This document shows positions 35,721 through 44,947 of a stretch of DNA of 64,000 bases, one piece after another. Position 1 is the stretch's first letter. Every line of letters begins with the position of its first letter. A program made the translations under genes and the position numbers. The notes beneath the pieces were generated by a model, which worked only from the letters and a program-made list of their open reading frames with translations, was not told the origin of the DNA and ran no database searches. Source of the DNA: an uncultured Lentisphaeraceae bacterium (lineage in GTDB: Bacteria > Verrucomicrobiota > Kiritimatiellia > RFP12 > UBA1067); NCBI GenBank assembly GCA_964386865.1, contig CAYLUN010000004.1:28123-92122 (forward strand), read 5' to 3'.

Positions 35721-36335
35721 TCAGCGCGACAACTGGGCTTGGCGGCGGCGGTAGAAGAAGGCGTAAAGCGCCAGCACAAGGACACAGGACACGCCCAGCA
35801 CAAGGGTAGCCTCGCGGAAATAGGCGTGAAGAAGCTCTTTGTTCTTGCCGGCGAAATAGCCGATCCAGGCCAGAATGGAGGCCCACAGGCCCGCTCCGAT
35901 ACCGGTGTAGAGGCAGAACCGCATGAGGTTCATGCGCGCGAGGCCGGCAGGAAAAGAGATAAAATGGCGCACGCCCAGGATCAGGCGGCCGGTCAAGGTG
36001 CCGATCTCGCCGTGCCGCAAAAAGAACGCCTCCATTTTGGCGAACTTGTGCGGAGGGCACAGGACATACTTGCCGAATCTCGTGAAAAACGGGCGGCCAA
36101 GCCAGTAGGCGATCCCGTAATTGATCAGCGCGCCCAGAATGCTGCCTATCGTGGCCATCAAGATGGCGATCCAGATGTTCATCTTTCCCGTGGCGGCCAA
36201 ATAGCCGGCCTGCGGCATGACCAGCTCGCTGGGCAGCGGCACGAACGTGCTTTCCAGCGTCATCATGATCAGCACGCCGCCATACCCCGCCTTCTCCACG
36301 AACTGCACCGTCATCTCAAACAGCTGCATCAGCAT
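35721..36335 (-). CDS. DedA-family membrane protein
   Basis: …ESTFVPLPSELVM… and …GRLILGVRHFISFPAG… are typical DedA motifs. ATG 36335 lies inside ORF 35721-36551. Confidence 0.85.
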   Translation of the reverse strand: MLMQLFEMTVQFVEKAGYGGVLIMMTLESTFVPLPSELVMPQAGYLAATGKMNIWIAILMATIGSILGALINYGIAYWLGRPFFTRFGKYVLCPPHKFAKMEAFFLRHGEIGTLTGRLILGVRHFISFPAGLARMNLMRFCLYTGIGAGLWASILAWIGYFAGKNKELLHAYFREATLVLGVSCVLVLALYAFFYRRRQAQLSR

Positions 36336-36474
36336 GAAAAAATCCCCTTTTACCGCCAAAGTGACCGCATATGATAGGGAAAAGGCGGCACAAGTCGAGC
36401 CTTGAAACGGGGCGCGCGGGGTGATTCGCTCGCGCACGTCCCGCGCGGTGCGTTTCTCGGCGGCCAAGCGCCGG

Positions 36475-37035
36475 TCATTTCTTGGTGCGCGGCTGACCGG
36501 AAGGTTTCGGAGCTGCGGTCGAGGGGGCCTTAGCCGTGCCCCCAGTCCCACGCTTGACGCTGGGTTTGGCGGCAGCTTTCACAGGCGCCGGAGCCGCGCT
36601 TTCTTTGACCGTAATGTTTTCGTCGTGCATGGCGCTGATGCCGAGCTGCTTGGCGCCGCACCTTTTGGCGGCATCCATCGCCGTGACTACTCGGTCGAAG
36701 GCGACGTCCTTGTCCGCCGCGATCAGCACCGGTTGGGTCGCGGGCTCGCGCAACAGCCGCTGGATCGTCGCGAAGAGCTGGTCGTCTTGAGCCGCCTCGC
36801 CGTTGACATAGATCGCGCCGGCGCTCGTGATGTTGACCTGAACCGGCTTGAGCGTGTTATCCACCGGCGTGTTCGCCGAGCGCGTCTTGGGAAGGTTGAT
36901 CTTAATCTGCTCTTTGACGAGGAAGGGCGTCATCACCATGAAGATGATCAGCAAAACCAGCGCGACGTCGATGAACGGGATCATGTTGATCTCGGCCATG
37001 ACGTCGTACTTGTCGGTGGAGGTGTTGACTTTCAC
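36475..37035 (-). CDS. exbD: ExbD/TolR-family biopolymer transport protein with an Ala/Pro/Lys-rich tail
   Basis: …EINMIPFIDVALVLLIIFMV… is the signature region. Confidence 0.85.
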   Translation of the reverse strand: MKVNTSTDKYDVMAEINMIPFIDVALVLLIIFMVMTPFLVKEQIKINLPKTRSANTPVDNTLKPVQVNITSAGAIYVNGEAAQDDQLFATIQRLLREPATQPVLIAADKDVAFDRVVTAMDAAKRCGAKQLGISAMHDENITVKESAAPAPVKAAAKPSVKRGTGGTAKAPSTAAPKPSGQPRTKK

Positions 37036-37075
37036 GGTGTGCTGTGTGACGCAGGCATGTGCGGCGAGGGGGGCT

Positions 37076-37753
37076 CTACCGGAACAGCACGTCGGGCGCG
37101 GCGAGGGGCGGCCGCGCGCTCTTTGCTGCGGGAGGCTCCTGGCGGCCGGAAAGCCAGGCGATCAGGTCATACATCGCGAGGTCTGTTTCCTGCGCCAGGG
37201 ACTTGATGCTTTGGATGCAGTAGTTGTAGTAGACCACAGACGGTATCGCCACCAAGAGGCCGCAAGCCGTCGTGACCAGCGCTTCGGCGATGCCAGCCGA
37301 AACCACCTCCGCGCCGCCGCCGGAGCTGAGGGCGATGTTGGCGAACGCCTTGATGATGCCGACGACGGTGCCGAGCAAGCCAACGAACGGTGCCGTGCTG
37401 GCGACGGTGCCGAGCATGGACACGCCGCGTCCGAGCAGAAAGAGCTCGCGCTGAATGGCGTGCTCCGAGGCGCGTTCGCGCGCTTCGCGGTCGCCGGCTT
37501 GCTCCAGCACCGCTCGGGCGGCGGCGGCCGCCGGATTGCAGTACCTGCCGCAGTGCGCGAGGGCGGCTTCCTCGCCGCGCTCCTTGAGGACGCGGATCAC
37601 CTGGCGCACAAAGGCGGCCGCGTCGCACCGCGTGCGGCGCAGCAAGCGCCAGCGGTCGATGAAGACCGCCGTCGAGATCACCGACATGGCCAGCAGGATG
37701 GATAGCACGGGCCATCCCTGCTTAACCATTGAAACCACCGAGAAGTCATTCAT
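37076..37753 (-). CDS. exbB: MotA/TolQ/ExbB-family proton channel
   Basis: …LGTVASTAPFVGLLGTVVGII… and …GIAEALVTTACGLLVAIP… are present. Confidence 0.85.
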   Translation of the reverse strand: MNDFSVVSMVKQGWPVLSILLAMSVISTAVFIDRWRLLRRTRCDAAAFVRQVIRVLKERGEEAALAHCGRYCNPAAAAARAVLEQAGDREARERASEHAIQRELFLLGRGVSMLGTVASTAPFVGLLGTVVGIIKAFANIALSSGGGAEVVSAGIAEALVTTACGLLVAIPSVVYYNYCIQSIKSLAQETDLAMYDLIAWLSGRQEPPAAKSARPPLAAPDVLFR

Positions 37754-37896
37754 AGTCTGTCATCCAGTGCGTTGTCCGCGACGGCCAGTCGAGGATGTCC
37801 AGGGCCACGTTTCTGAACGGGCTGCCAGAGGCGGCATCAGCCTGCGAGGTGCGCGTGGCGGAGCAGAGGCGTCTTGCGGCCTCTGCGGCGCGGGGC

Positions 37897-38589
37897 TCAG
37901 GCGGGCGCGTAGGGGCGCCGCATCGTCCGCTTCTGGTCGGCGTGGTGACGGACGTCGACTCCCTCCACGACGAAAATCGTGATTTCCGCGACATTGGTGG
38001 CGTGATCGCCGATGCGCTCCAGATAGCGGGAGATCAGCAGCAGATCCAGGGCCCGCGAAACGGACGTCGGGTCTTTCGTCATAAAGAGCGTCAAGACGTC
38101 GGCAATTTTCGCCTTCAGCTCGTCCAGGCGGTCGTCGCGCAGCAACACATCGCGGGCCAGTGCCACGTTGCGGTTCACGAAGGCGCGGAGGCTGTCGCGG
38201 ACCATGCCGCGTGCGATGACGGCCATCTCGGGGATGATCTCGAAGGGCTTCAGCTGCGGGGCGGTCATCAGGTGTTCGGCCTTCTGGACGATATTTACGG
38301 CCTCGTCGGCGAGGCGCTCCAGCTCGGCATTGGTCTTGACCGCCCCCATGATGAAGCGCAAGTCGCTGGCGGCCGGCTGGTTCAGCGCGATCAGCGTCAT
38401 GCAGCTCTCGTCGATCTCAATCTCCATCTGGTTCACGAGCTCCTCGCGCTCGTACACCGGCGAAACCGCATCCGCGTCGCGCTCAACCACGGTTTTGACC
38501 GCATCGGCGATCATGATCTCGGCTAAGGCGCTCATCTTCATGAGGTGAGCCTTCAGGGACTGCAACTGCTCGTCGAAATGTCGTTCCAT
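37897..38589 (-). CDS. phoU: phosphate signalling complex protein PhoU
   Basis: Two PhoU repeats, …LERLADEAVNI… and …LERIGDHATNVAE…. It lies downstream of pstB. Confidence 0.93.
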   Translation of the reverse strand: MERHFDEQLQSLKAHLMKMSALAEIMIADAVKTVVERDADAVSPVYEREELVNQMEIEIDESCMTLIALNQPAASDLRFIMGAVKTNAELERLADEAVNIVQKAEHLMTAPQLKPFEIIPEMAVIARGMVRDSLRAFVNRNVALARDVLLRDDRLDELKAKIADVLTLFMTKDPTSVSRALDLLLISRYLERIGDHATNVAEITIFVVEGVDVRHHADQKRTMRRPYAPA

Positions 38590-38599
38590 GGTGTCCGCC

Positions 38600-39361
38600 T
38601 TATCCGTATCGGCCGCTGATGTAGTCCTGGGTCCGCTTGTCGCGGGGCGTGGTGAAAATGCCTGCCGTATCGCCGAATTCTACCATTTCGCCCAAGAGCA
38701 TGTAACCGGAAAAGTCTGAAATGCGGGCAGCCTGCTGCATGTTGTGGGTCACGATGACGATCGTGTACTTGGCCTTGAGCGCGAGCATGAGCTCCTCGAT
38801 GCGGGCGGTGGCGATCGGGTCGAGCGCCGAGCAGGGCTCGTCCATCAGGATGACTTCCGGCTCCACCGCCAGCAGGCGCGCGACACACAGCCGCTGCTGC
38901 TGGTCCAGGGGCAGCGTGAGCGCGGAGTCGTGCAGCTTGTCTTTGAGCTGGTCCCAGAGCCAGGCGGACTTGAGGCTGCGCTCCACGACGCCTTCGATCT
39001 GCTGGCGATCCTTGACGCCCGCCACGCGCAGCCCGAACGCGACGTTGTCATAAATAGAAAGGGGGAACGGGTTCGGCCGCTGAAACACCATGCCCACCCG
39101 CTTGCGCAGGGCGCACACGTCCATGCCCGACGCGTAGATGTCTTTGCCGTCCAGAAGAATGGTGCCCGTGACCTTCACGTGGGGGATCAGATCGTTCATC
39201 CGGTTCAAGGCCCGGAGCAGCGTGGATTTGCCGCAGCCAGACGGGCCGATCAGGGCTGTGATGTGATGGGCCTTCACGCTCATGGGCACGCGCTTGAGCG
39301 CCTGGAAATCCCCGTAGAACAGATCCAGGTTCTGCACAGTGATTACGGTGTCTGAAGTCAT
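38600..39361 (-). CDS. pstB: phosphate ABC transporter ATP-binding protein; canonical Walker A/B, Q-loop and H-loop but a degenerate signature motif
   Basis: [32 protein letters not shown] and [11 protein letters not shown] are present. The signature position reads LPLDQQQRL instead of LSGGQQQRL. Confidence 0.9.
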   Translation of the reverse strand: MTSDTVITVQNLDLFYGDFQALKRVPMSVKAHHITALIGPSGCGKSTLLRALNRMNDLIPHVKVTGTILLDGKDIYASGMDVCALRKRVGMVFQRPNPFPLSIYDNVAFGLRVAGVKDRQQIEGVVERSLKSAWLWDQLKDKLHDSALTLPLDQQQRLCVARLLAVEPEVILMDEPCSALDPIATARIEELMLALKAKYTIVIVTHNMQQAARISDFSGYMLLGEMVEFGDTAGIFTTPRDKRTQDYISGRYG

Positions 39362-40128
39362 CCGAACCTGCCCGTCACGTATTCGTTCGTCCGCTTGTCG
39401 TCCGGCACGGTGAAGATCTTCTCGGTCAGCCCGTGCTCCACCAGCTCGCCCAGGAGGAAAAAGGCCGTGTCGTCGGCGACGCGCGCCGCCTGTTTGGTGT
39501 TGTTGGTCACGAGCACAATGGTGTATTTCGCCTTGAGTACGGTCAGCGCCTCCTCGATCTTGGCCGTCGAGATCGGGTCAAGCCCGGAGCAGGGCTCGTC
39601 GAGGAGGATCACCTCGAGTTCCTCCATGGCCAACACGCGTGCCAGGCAGAGCCGCTGCTGCTGGCCCCCAGAGAGCCGGAGGCCAGACATCTGGAGCCGG
39701 TCTTTGACCTCGTCCCACAGAAAGGCGGCCTGAAGGCTGCGCTCGACGATCTCATCCAGCCTTGCGCGCTTGCGAATGCCGGAAAGCCGCGGCCCGTAAA
39801 CCACGTTCTCATAGATGCTCATCGGCAGCGCGACGGGAAGCGCAAAGAGCATGCCCACCCGCTTGCGCAGAGAAACCACGTCGAACGCCGGGTGGTAGAT
39901 GTCTTGCCCGTCCAGCAGCACTTGACCTTCGACGTGCAGTTCCGGCACCAGGTCGTTCAGCCGGTTGAGCGCGCGGAGAAAGGTGGTCTTTCCTGAGCCT
40001 GCGGGCCCGATGATGCCCAGGATCCGGTGGGCGGGAATGTTCAACGTGATGTCCCTCAGCGAGTCTTCTTTGCCCTGGAACACGCTGAAGCGCGAGACGG
40101 AGATCTTCGTGTCGGTCGGTGCGCTCAT
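39358..40128 (-). CDS. pstB: second PstB-type ATP-binding protein; canonical signature but degenerate Q-loop and H-loop
   Basis: From MSAPTDTK (ATG 40128, ATGA overlap with the pstA stop): [18 protein letters not shown] and [11 protein letters not shown] are present. [12 protein letters not shown] has no Q-loop Gln, and [11 protein letters not shown] has Asn for the H-loop His. The 402-aa track ORF is an upstream extension over pstA. Confidence 0.88.
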   Translation of the reverse strand: MSAPTDTKISVSRFSVFQGKEDSLRDITLNIPAHRILGIIGPAGSGKTTFLRALNRLNDLVPELHVEGQVLLDGQDIYHPAFDVVSLRKRVGMLFALPVALPMSIYENVVYGPRLSGIRKRARLDEIVERSLQAAFLWDEVKDRLQMSGLRLSGGQQQRLCLARVLAMEELEVILLDEPCSGLDPISTAKIEEALTVLKAKYTIVLVTNNTKQAARVADDTAFFLLGELVEHGLTEKIFTVPDDKRTNEYVTGRFG

Positions 40129-40964
40129 CGAGACCTCTTGGCTATGAAACGGTGCATCATGGTGTAGGAGAGCAGGTTGACCAGAAGAACCGAAATGATC
40201 AGCACGGCGGCGGTCGCGTAAGCGTTCTCGTTGGAAATGCCTTCGCGCGCCAAGATGTAAAAGTGGACGGACATGGTGCGAACCGAGTCGAAGGCGGTCA
40301 TGGGCATCCGCAGGGAGGACCCGGCCGTAAAAATGACGGCGGCGGTCTCGCCGATCGAGCGGCCGATGCCCAAGATGACCCCCGTGACGATGCCGGGCAG
40401 CGCGTTGGGCAACACCACCTTGAGCACCGTCTCCCAGCGTGTCGCGCCCAGCGAGAAGCTGACTTCCCGGTAGGCGTTCGGCACCGCCCGGATCGCCTCT
40501 TCGGAGGTGCGTATGATCGTGGGAAGCACCATGATCGCGAGGGTGAGAGCGCCCGAAAGCAGGCACCAGCCCATCTTCAGCATCACCACGAAGAAGATGA
40601 AGCCGAACAGGCCGAAAATGATCGAAGGGATGCCGGCGAGGCAGTCCGTGCCGAACCGGAGCGCGCGGGTCAGCCGGTTCTCGCGGGTGTACTCCGTCAG
40701 GTAGATGGCTGTGCCGACGCCCAGCGGAAGCGCGATGGCGATGGCCATGAGCGGGAGCAAGATGGTCCCCACCAGGGTTGGCAGGATGCCGCCGGCTTTG
40801 CCCATGTCCTTGGGCGCGGAGGAGAGAAACTCCCAGGTCACGCCGGGCAGCCCTTTGCCCAACACGAAAACGATGATGAACACCAGCACGACGACGGTCA
40901 AAAGCGTTGCCGTCCCCAAGATCGCGACGGCCAGCGCCTGCGTGATTTTCGGCGAGACCCTCAC
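40125..40964 (-). CDS. pstA: phosphate ABC transporter permease PstA
   Basis: …EEAIRAVPNAYREVSFSLGATRWETV… and …GRSIGETAAV…. GTGA overlap with the pstC stop. Confidence 0.92.
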   Translation of the reverse strand: MRVSPKITQALAVAILGTATLLTVVVLVFIIVFVLGKGLPGVTWEFLSSAPKDMGKAGGILPTLVGTILLPLMAIAIALPLGVGTAIYLTEYTRENRLTRALRFGTDCLAGIPSIIFGLFGFIFFVVMLKMGWCLLSGALTLAIMVLPTIIRTSEEAIRAVPNAYREVSFSLGATRWETVLKVVLPNALPGIVTGVILGIGRSIGETAAVIFTAGSSLRMPMTAFDSVRTMSVHFYILAREGISNENAYATAAVLIISVLLVNLLSYTMMHRFIAKRSR

Positions 40965-41818
40965 TTCTTGCTCCTCTTGCCCTTGATCGTCGAGAGGGCG
41001 ATGGCGTTTAGGATCATGATCACAACGAAGAGCACGATGCCTGTGGCAAACAGGGCTTCGCGGGCCATGCCGGTGGCGTTGGCCATCTCCAGCGCGATGT
41101 TCGCGGTCAGCGTGCGAACCGGGTCCGTGATGGCGTGGGGGATCTTCACGGTGTTGCCCGCCACCATGATGACCGCCATGGTTTCGCCCAGCGCCCGGCC
41201 CATGGCCAGAATAATGCTGGCGATGATTCCGGAGCGGGCCGCTTTGATCGTCACCATGTGGACGCTCTGCCAGCGAGTCGCGCCGAGGGCCAGCGCTCCT
41301 TCCCGGTACGAGTTGGGAACCGCGCCGATGGCGTCAGACGAGATGCTGATCACCGTGGGGAGCACCATGACGCCGAGGATGATGGAGGCCGCCAGAATCG
41401 AGAGGCCCGGCCCGCCCAGGTTCTCGCGGATGAAGGGCGCCAGCACCATGACGCCCAGAAAACCGAAGACCACGGAAGGTATGCCCGCCAACAGCTCGAT
41501 GGTGGGCTTGATGACCCGCATGACCGAGCGGGGCAAGAACTCGTTCATGAAAATCGCTCCGGCGATGCCCAGCGGGGCGCCGATCAGCATCGCCCCGAGC
41601 GTCACGTAGAGCGAGGAGACGATCATCGGGTAGATGCCGAACTGGCCGTTCTGCGGATTCCAGTCCGAGGAGAACAGAAAATCGCCAATCCCAACCTTCA
41701 GCATGAAGGGGAACCCCTCCTTGAAGATGAAGACGGCTATCAGCAAGAGGCTTGCCAGCGCTGAAAACGCGACCAGCGTCAGCAACCCCTTTGCCACCTT
41801 TTCGCCGTTCATTCGCAT
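40961..41818 (-). CDS. pstC: phosphate ABC transporter permease PstC
   Basis: …SSDAIGAVPNSYREGALALGATRWQSV… and …GRALGETMAV…. Confidence 0.92.
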   Translation of the reverse strand: MRMNGEKVAKGLLTLVAFSALASLLLIAVFIFKEGFPFMLKVGIGDFLFSSDWNPQNGQFGIYPMIVSSLYVTLGAMLIGAPLGIAGAIFMNEFLPRSVMRVIKPTIELLAGIPSVVFGFLGVMVLAPFIRENLGGPGLSILAASIILGVMVLPTVISISSDAIGAVPNSYREGALALGATRWQSVHMVTIKAARSGIIASIILAMGRALGETMAVIMVAGNTVKIPHAITDPVRTLTANIALEMANATGMAREALFATGIVLFVVIMILNAIALSTIKGKRSKK

Positions 41819-41846
41819 GGTGTGGTTGGCGCCCTTGAGAAGCCGC

Positions 41847-42647
41847 TCACTTGGCTTTGATTAGGCCGTTGGCATGCAGCAGGGCTTGCGCCTCTGCGGA
41901 CATCAGGTAGTCCAAGAACGCGGTGCAGGCGGGGGTGATCTTGTCCGTGTACACCAGAAACACCGGGCGCACCAGTTTGTAGTCTCCCGTCATGATGTCC
42001 TTCTCGCAGCAGGAAAAGCCGTCCACCGTGACCGGCTTGATCTTCTCGTTGATCAGGCCGTGCGAGAGGTAGCCGACGGCGTTTGCGTCGTTGGCTACGG
42101 TCTCGCGGATGGTGCCGTTCGAATCTTGGATCAGGGCGTCTCCGGTGAGGGACGCCCCGCCGATGATCTGCTCGAAGGAGGAGCGCGTGCCGGATCCGGC
42201 CTCGCGCGAGATGACGGCGATGGCGTGGTCCGGGCCGCCAACCTCTTTCCAGTTTTTGATGCCGCCGCTGAAGATGCCGCGAACCTGCTCCATCGTTAGG
42301 CCGGTGATGGCGTTGGCGGGGTTGACCACGACCGCGATTCCGTCGCGGGCAACCACGAGGTTCTTAAGGGCGTCCGCCTCCTTGGGCAAGCGCACGAGGT
42401 CGGCCATCCCGATCTGGGCTGCGCCTGACAGGGCGGACTGGATGCCGAGCGCTGAGCCGCCGCCCTGGATCGTGATCGAGACGTCGGAATGGTCGGTCAT
42501 GTATTGGTCGGCGAGCTTCTCGGCGAACGGCTGGAAGGCGGTAGACCCCGCCAGGGTGATGCTCTCGCGGGGTTTTCCGCAGCCCGACACCAGCACGGCG
42601 CTGGCTATCACACAACTCACACACAGCTTGCTGGCGATGCTCTGCAT
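41847..42647 (-). CDS. pstS: phosphate-binding lipoprotein PstS
   Basis: Lipobox LVSGC. …ITLAGSTAFQP…, …GGGSALGI…, …REAGSGTR…. Confidence 0.9.
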   Translation of the reverse strand: MQSIASKLCVSCVIASAVLVSGCGKPRESITLAGSTAFQPFAEKLADQYMTDHSDVSITIQGGGSALGIQSALSGAAQIGMADLVRLPKEADALKNLVVARDGIAVVVNPANAITGLTMEQVRGIFSGGIKNWKEVGGPDHAIAVISREAGSGTRSSFEQIIGGASLTGDALIQDSNGTIRETVANDANAVGYLSHGLINEKIKPVTVDGFSCCEKDIMTGDYKLVRPVFLVYTDKITPACTAFLDYLMSAEAQALLHANGLIKAK

Positions 42648-42726
42648 TGTTTCGCTCCTCGTTGAAACCCAATTTCGCTAACCAGGTTCTAATTAAAGCA
42701 AATGTCGCGGCGAAGCTCGACACTCT

Positions 42727-42745
42727 TTGTGTTAGAATTGTGTTA
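42727..42745 (-). promoter_or_regulatory. Pho-box-like direct repeat (TAACACAA x2, 11-bp period) upstream of pstS
   Basis: The minus strand reads TTAACACAATTCTAACACAAAG. The repeat starts are 11 bp apart, about 80-100 bp upstream of the pstS ATG, in the divergent intergenic region. Confidence 0.35.
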
Positions 42746-42903
42746 AGCTCCGCAGGCGTGTCCACAAGATGGGGGCGGGTTCCGGAGAAGCCGGTTCTCC
42801 TTGATTTCGTCAGGCCCGGCCCGTAATCTATACACGTTTTGAACCGCCAGCACAGATATCGAGAGACACCTGGTCCCTGGCATAACCGACACGGGACGCA
42901 GCA

Positions 42904-44181
42904 ATGACACCTGCATGGATCAGCCTGATCGTTTTTACCCTCTGCTACGCCCTGTTCGTGGTTCTGCCTCAGAGGCGCTCGTGGACGGCCTGCATGGGCG
43001 GCGCTTTGCTCGTCGCCACGGGGGCGCTCGGCTGGCGGGATGCGCTATTCACGAAGATCAGCTGGAATGTGATGGGGCTCTTCTTCGGCACGCTGATACT
43101 GGCCGAGTTGTTTCTCCTGTCCCGCGTGCCGGCCGTTCTGGCCGAGTGGCTGGTCCGCAAGGCGAAGTCTACGCGCGTCGCCATGCTGGCGCTCTGCCTG
43201 CTGGCCGGCTTCATTTCGATGTTCGTCGAGAACGTGGCTGTCGTGCTGCTGGTCGCGCCGGTCGCTTTGAGCCTGGCCGACAAGCTCAGAATCAGTCCCG
43301 TTCCGCTTTTGATCGGCATTGCCATCAGCAGCAATTTGCAGGGGACGGCTACCATGATCGGCGATCCGCCAAGCATGATTCTGGCGGGTTACCTGCGCAT
43401 GGACTTCTGGGACTTCTTCGCCTATCAGGGGCGGCCCGGCATCTTCTTCGCCGTTCAGGTCGGGGCGTTGGTGTCGCTCGCAGCACTGGCGTGGATCTTC
43501 CGCCGCTACAGGTCCAAGCCTGCGCATGTTCAGCAGCAGGAGGCTCGCTCGTGGGTGCCCGCCGGTCTGTTGGGGCTGCTGATCGTCGGGCTCTCATTCG
43601 CCACGGTGTTCGACCCGGAGTTCGCTTGGTTTGCCGGCGTCTTCACGCTCGCGCTCAGCGCGCTGGCGCTGGCCTGGTACAAACTGTTCGCAAAGTGGGG
43701 GGGGGCGCGCGCGCTGCTGAAGGCGCTCGATTGGGACACGACCTTCTTTCTGATCGGGGTCTTCGTTCTGGTGGGCGGCCTCAGCGATTCGGGCTGGATG
43801 GATCGCCTGTCAGGCTTCATGACCGCTTCTGTGGGCGGGAACGTCGTGCTGGCCTTCGCGATGATCGTCGTCTTTTCAGTGGTGGTGTCGGGGTTCGTCG
43901 ACAACGTCCCCTTTCTACTCGTGATGATACCGGTGGCGCAGAAGGTGGCCGACCAGATCCACGCGCCGGTGCCGCTCCTGATGTTTGGGCTGCTGATCGG
44001 GGCGTGCCTGGGCGGCAACTTGACGCCGATCGGCGCCTCGGCCAATGTGGTGACGCTCGGCATTCTCAAGAAGCGCGGCTACACCGTGACTTTCCGCGAG
44101 TTCATGGGGATCGGCATTCCGTTTACGGTTGCCGCCGTGCTGAGCGCGTGCGCGTTCGTCTGGTGGGTGTGGGGCGCCTAG
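42904..44181 (+). CDS. ArsB/NhaD-superfamily (ion transporter superfamily) anion/cation permease
   Basis: 425 aa with about 10-12 TM. …SSNLQGTATMIGDPPSMI… and …GGNLTPIGASANVV… resemble the duplicated hairpin motifs of this superfamily. The substrate is unknown. Confidence 0.65.
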   Translation: MTPAWISLIVFTLCYALFVVLPQRRSWTACMGGALLVATGALGWRDALFTKISWNVMGLFFGTLILAELFLLSRVPAVLAEWLVRKAKSTRVAMLALCLLAGFISMFVENVAVVLLVAPVALSLADKLRISPVPLLIGIAISSNLQGTATMIGDPPSMILAGYLRMDFWDFFAYQGRPGIFFAVQVGALVSLAALAWIFRRYRSKPAHVQQQEARSWVPAGLLGLLIVGLSFATVFDPEFAWFAGVFTLALSALALAWYKLFAKWGGARALLKALDWDTTFFLIGVFVLVGGLSDSGWMDRLSGFMTASVGGNVVLAFAMIVVFSVVVSGFVDNVPFLLVMIPVAQKVADQIHAPVPLLMFGLLIGACLGGNLTPIGASANVVTLGILKKRGYTVTFREFMGIGIPFTVAAVLSACAFVWWVWGA

Positions 44182-44302
44182 CCGCCGCAGACTCGGCTTG
44201 AGATGAGGCGCTTCGCGTGAGCCACAAACGGTAGCAGGAAGGCGTTAAGGGGGGGCTGAAACCGGGCGGGCGGCGCCCGCAGGCACCCGGAGGAGGTGAG
44301 CG

Positions 44303-44923
44303 GTGAGGCTGGCTGTCATCACAGACCTGCACGATAGCACGGAGCACGTCGAGGCGCTTCGCCGCGCCGGACGCGGCGCCGACGCGCTGATCATCTGCGG
44401 CGACCTGACCACGTTCGGCGAGCGCGAGCGTATCCAGGCCATGGCCGATGCGGTGCGCCTCGACGGCAAGCCCTGCTACTACGTGCTTGGAAACTGCGAC
44501 GTGATGCCGGCCGACGGCGAACTGTCCGGCTGCCAGACTCTCCAGGGACGCGTCGTGACGCACGGCGGCTGGCAGCTGGCAGGCTTGGGGGGCTCCCTGC
44601 CGTGCCCGTCACACACGCCACACGAACTCATGGAGGCGGCCTACACCCGCCTGCTTGCTGAGATCAAAGACGCCTGCGGCGGACATGCGGAGCGGCTGAT
44701 CCTAGTCTCGCACCAGCCGCCCTACGGCACGGCCGCCGACCGGCTGCCGTCGGGGCTGCACGTCGGCTGCCACGCGCTCCGTGCGTTCATCGACGACGCT
44801 CAGCCCGCCTGCTGCCTGACGGGGCACATCCACGAGGCCGCCTCCCGCTCGCGGGTGGGCCGCACCGTCGTGCTGAATCCCGGCCCCTTCTCGCACGGCA
44901 ACATCGGCCTGCTCGACCTGTGA
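44303..44923 (+). CDS. metallophosphoesterase (calcineurin-like)
   Basis: ITDLHDS, ICGDLT, GNCD, …SHQPP…, GHIHE. GTG start follows GGAGGAGG. Confidence 0.8.
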   Translation: MRLAVITDLHDSTEHVEALRRAGRGADALIICGDLTTFGERERIQAMADAVRLDGKPCYYVLGNCDVMPADGELSGCQTLQGRVVTHGGWQLAGLGGSLPCPSHTPHELMEAAYTRLLAEIKDACGGHAERLILVSHQPPYGTAADRLPSGLHVGCHALRAFIDDAQPACCLTGHIHEAASRSRVGRTVVLNPGPFSHGNIGLLDL

Positions 44924-44947
44924 CGGCGACTGTGGTAGCCTTGAGCC

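Noticed and set aside
40129-40566. Upstream extension of the second pstB ORF (402-aa track ORF)
   Set aside because: The extension overlaps pstA out of frame and is Arg/His/Gly-rich. ATG 40128 forms an ATGA overlap with the pstA stop and gives a normal 256-aa PstB.
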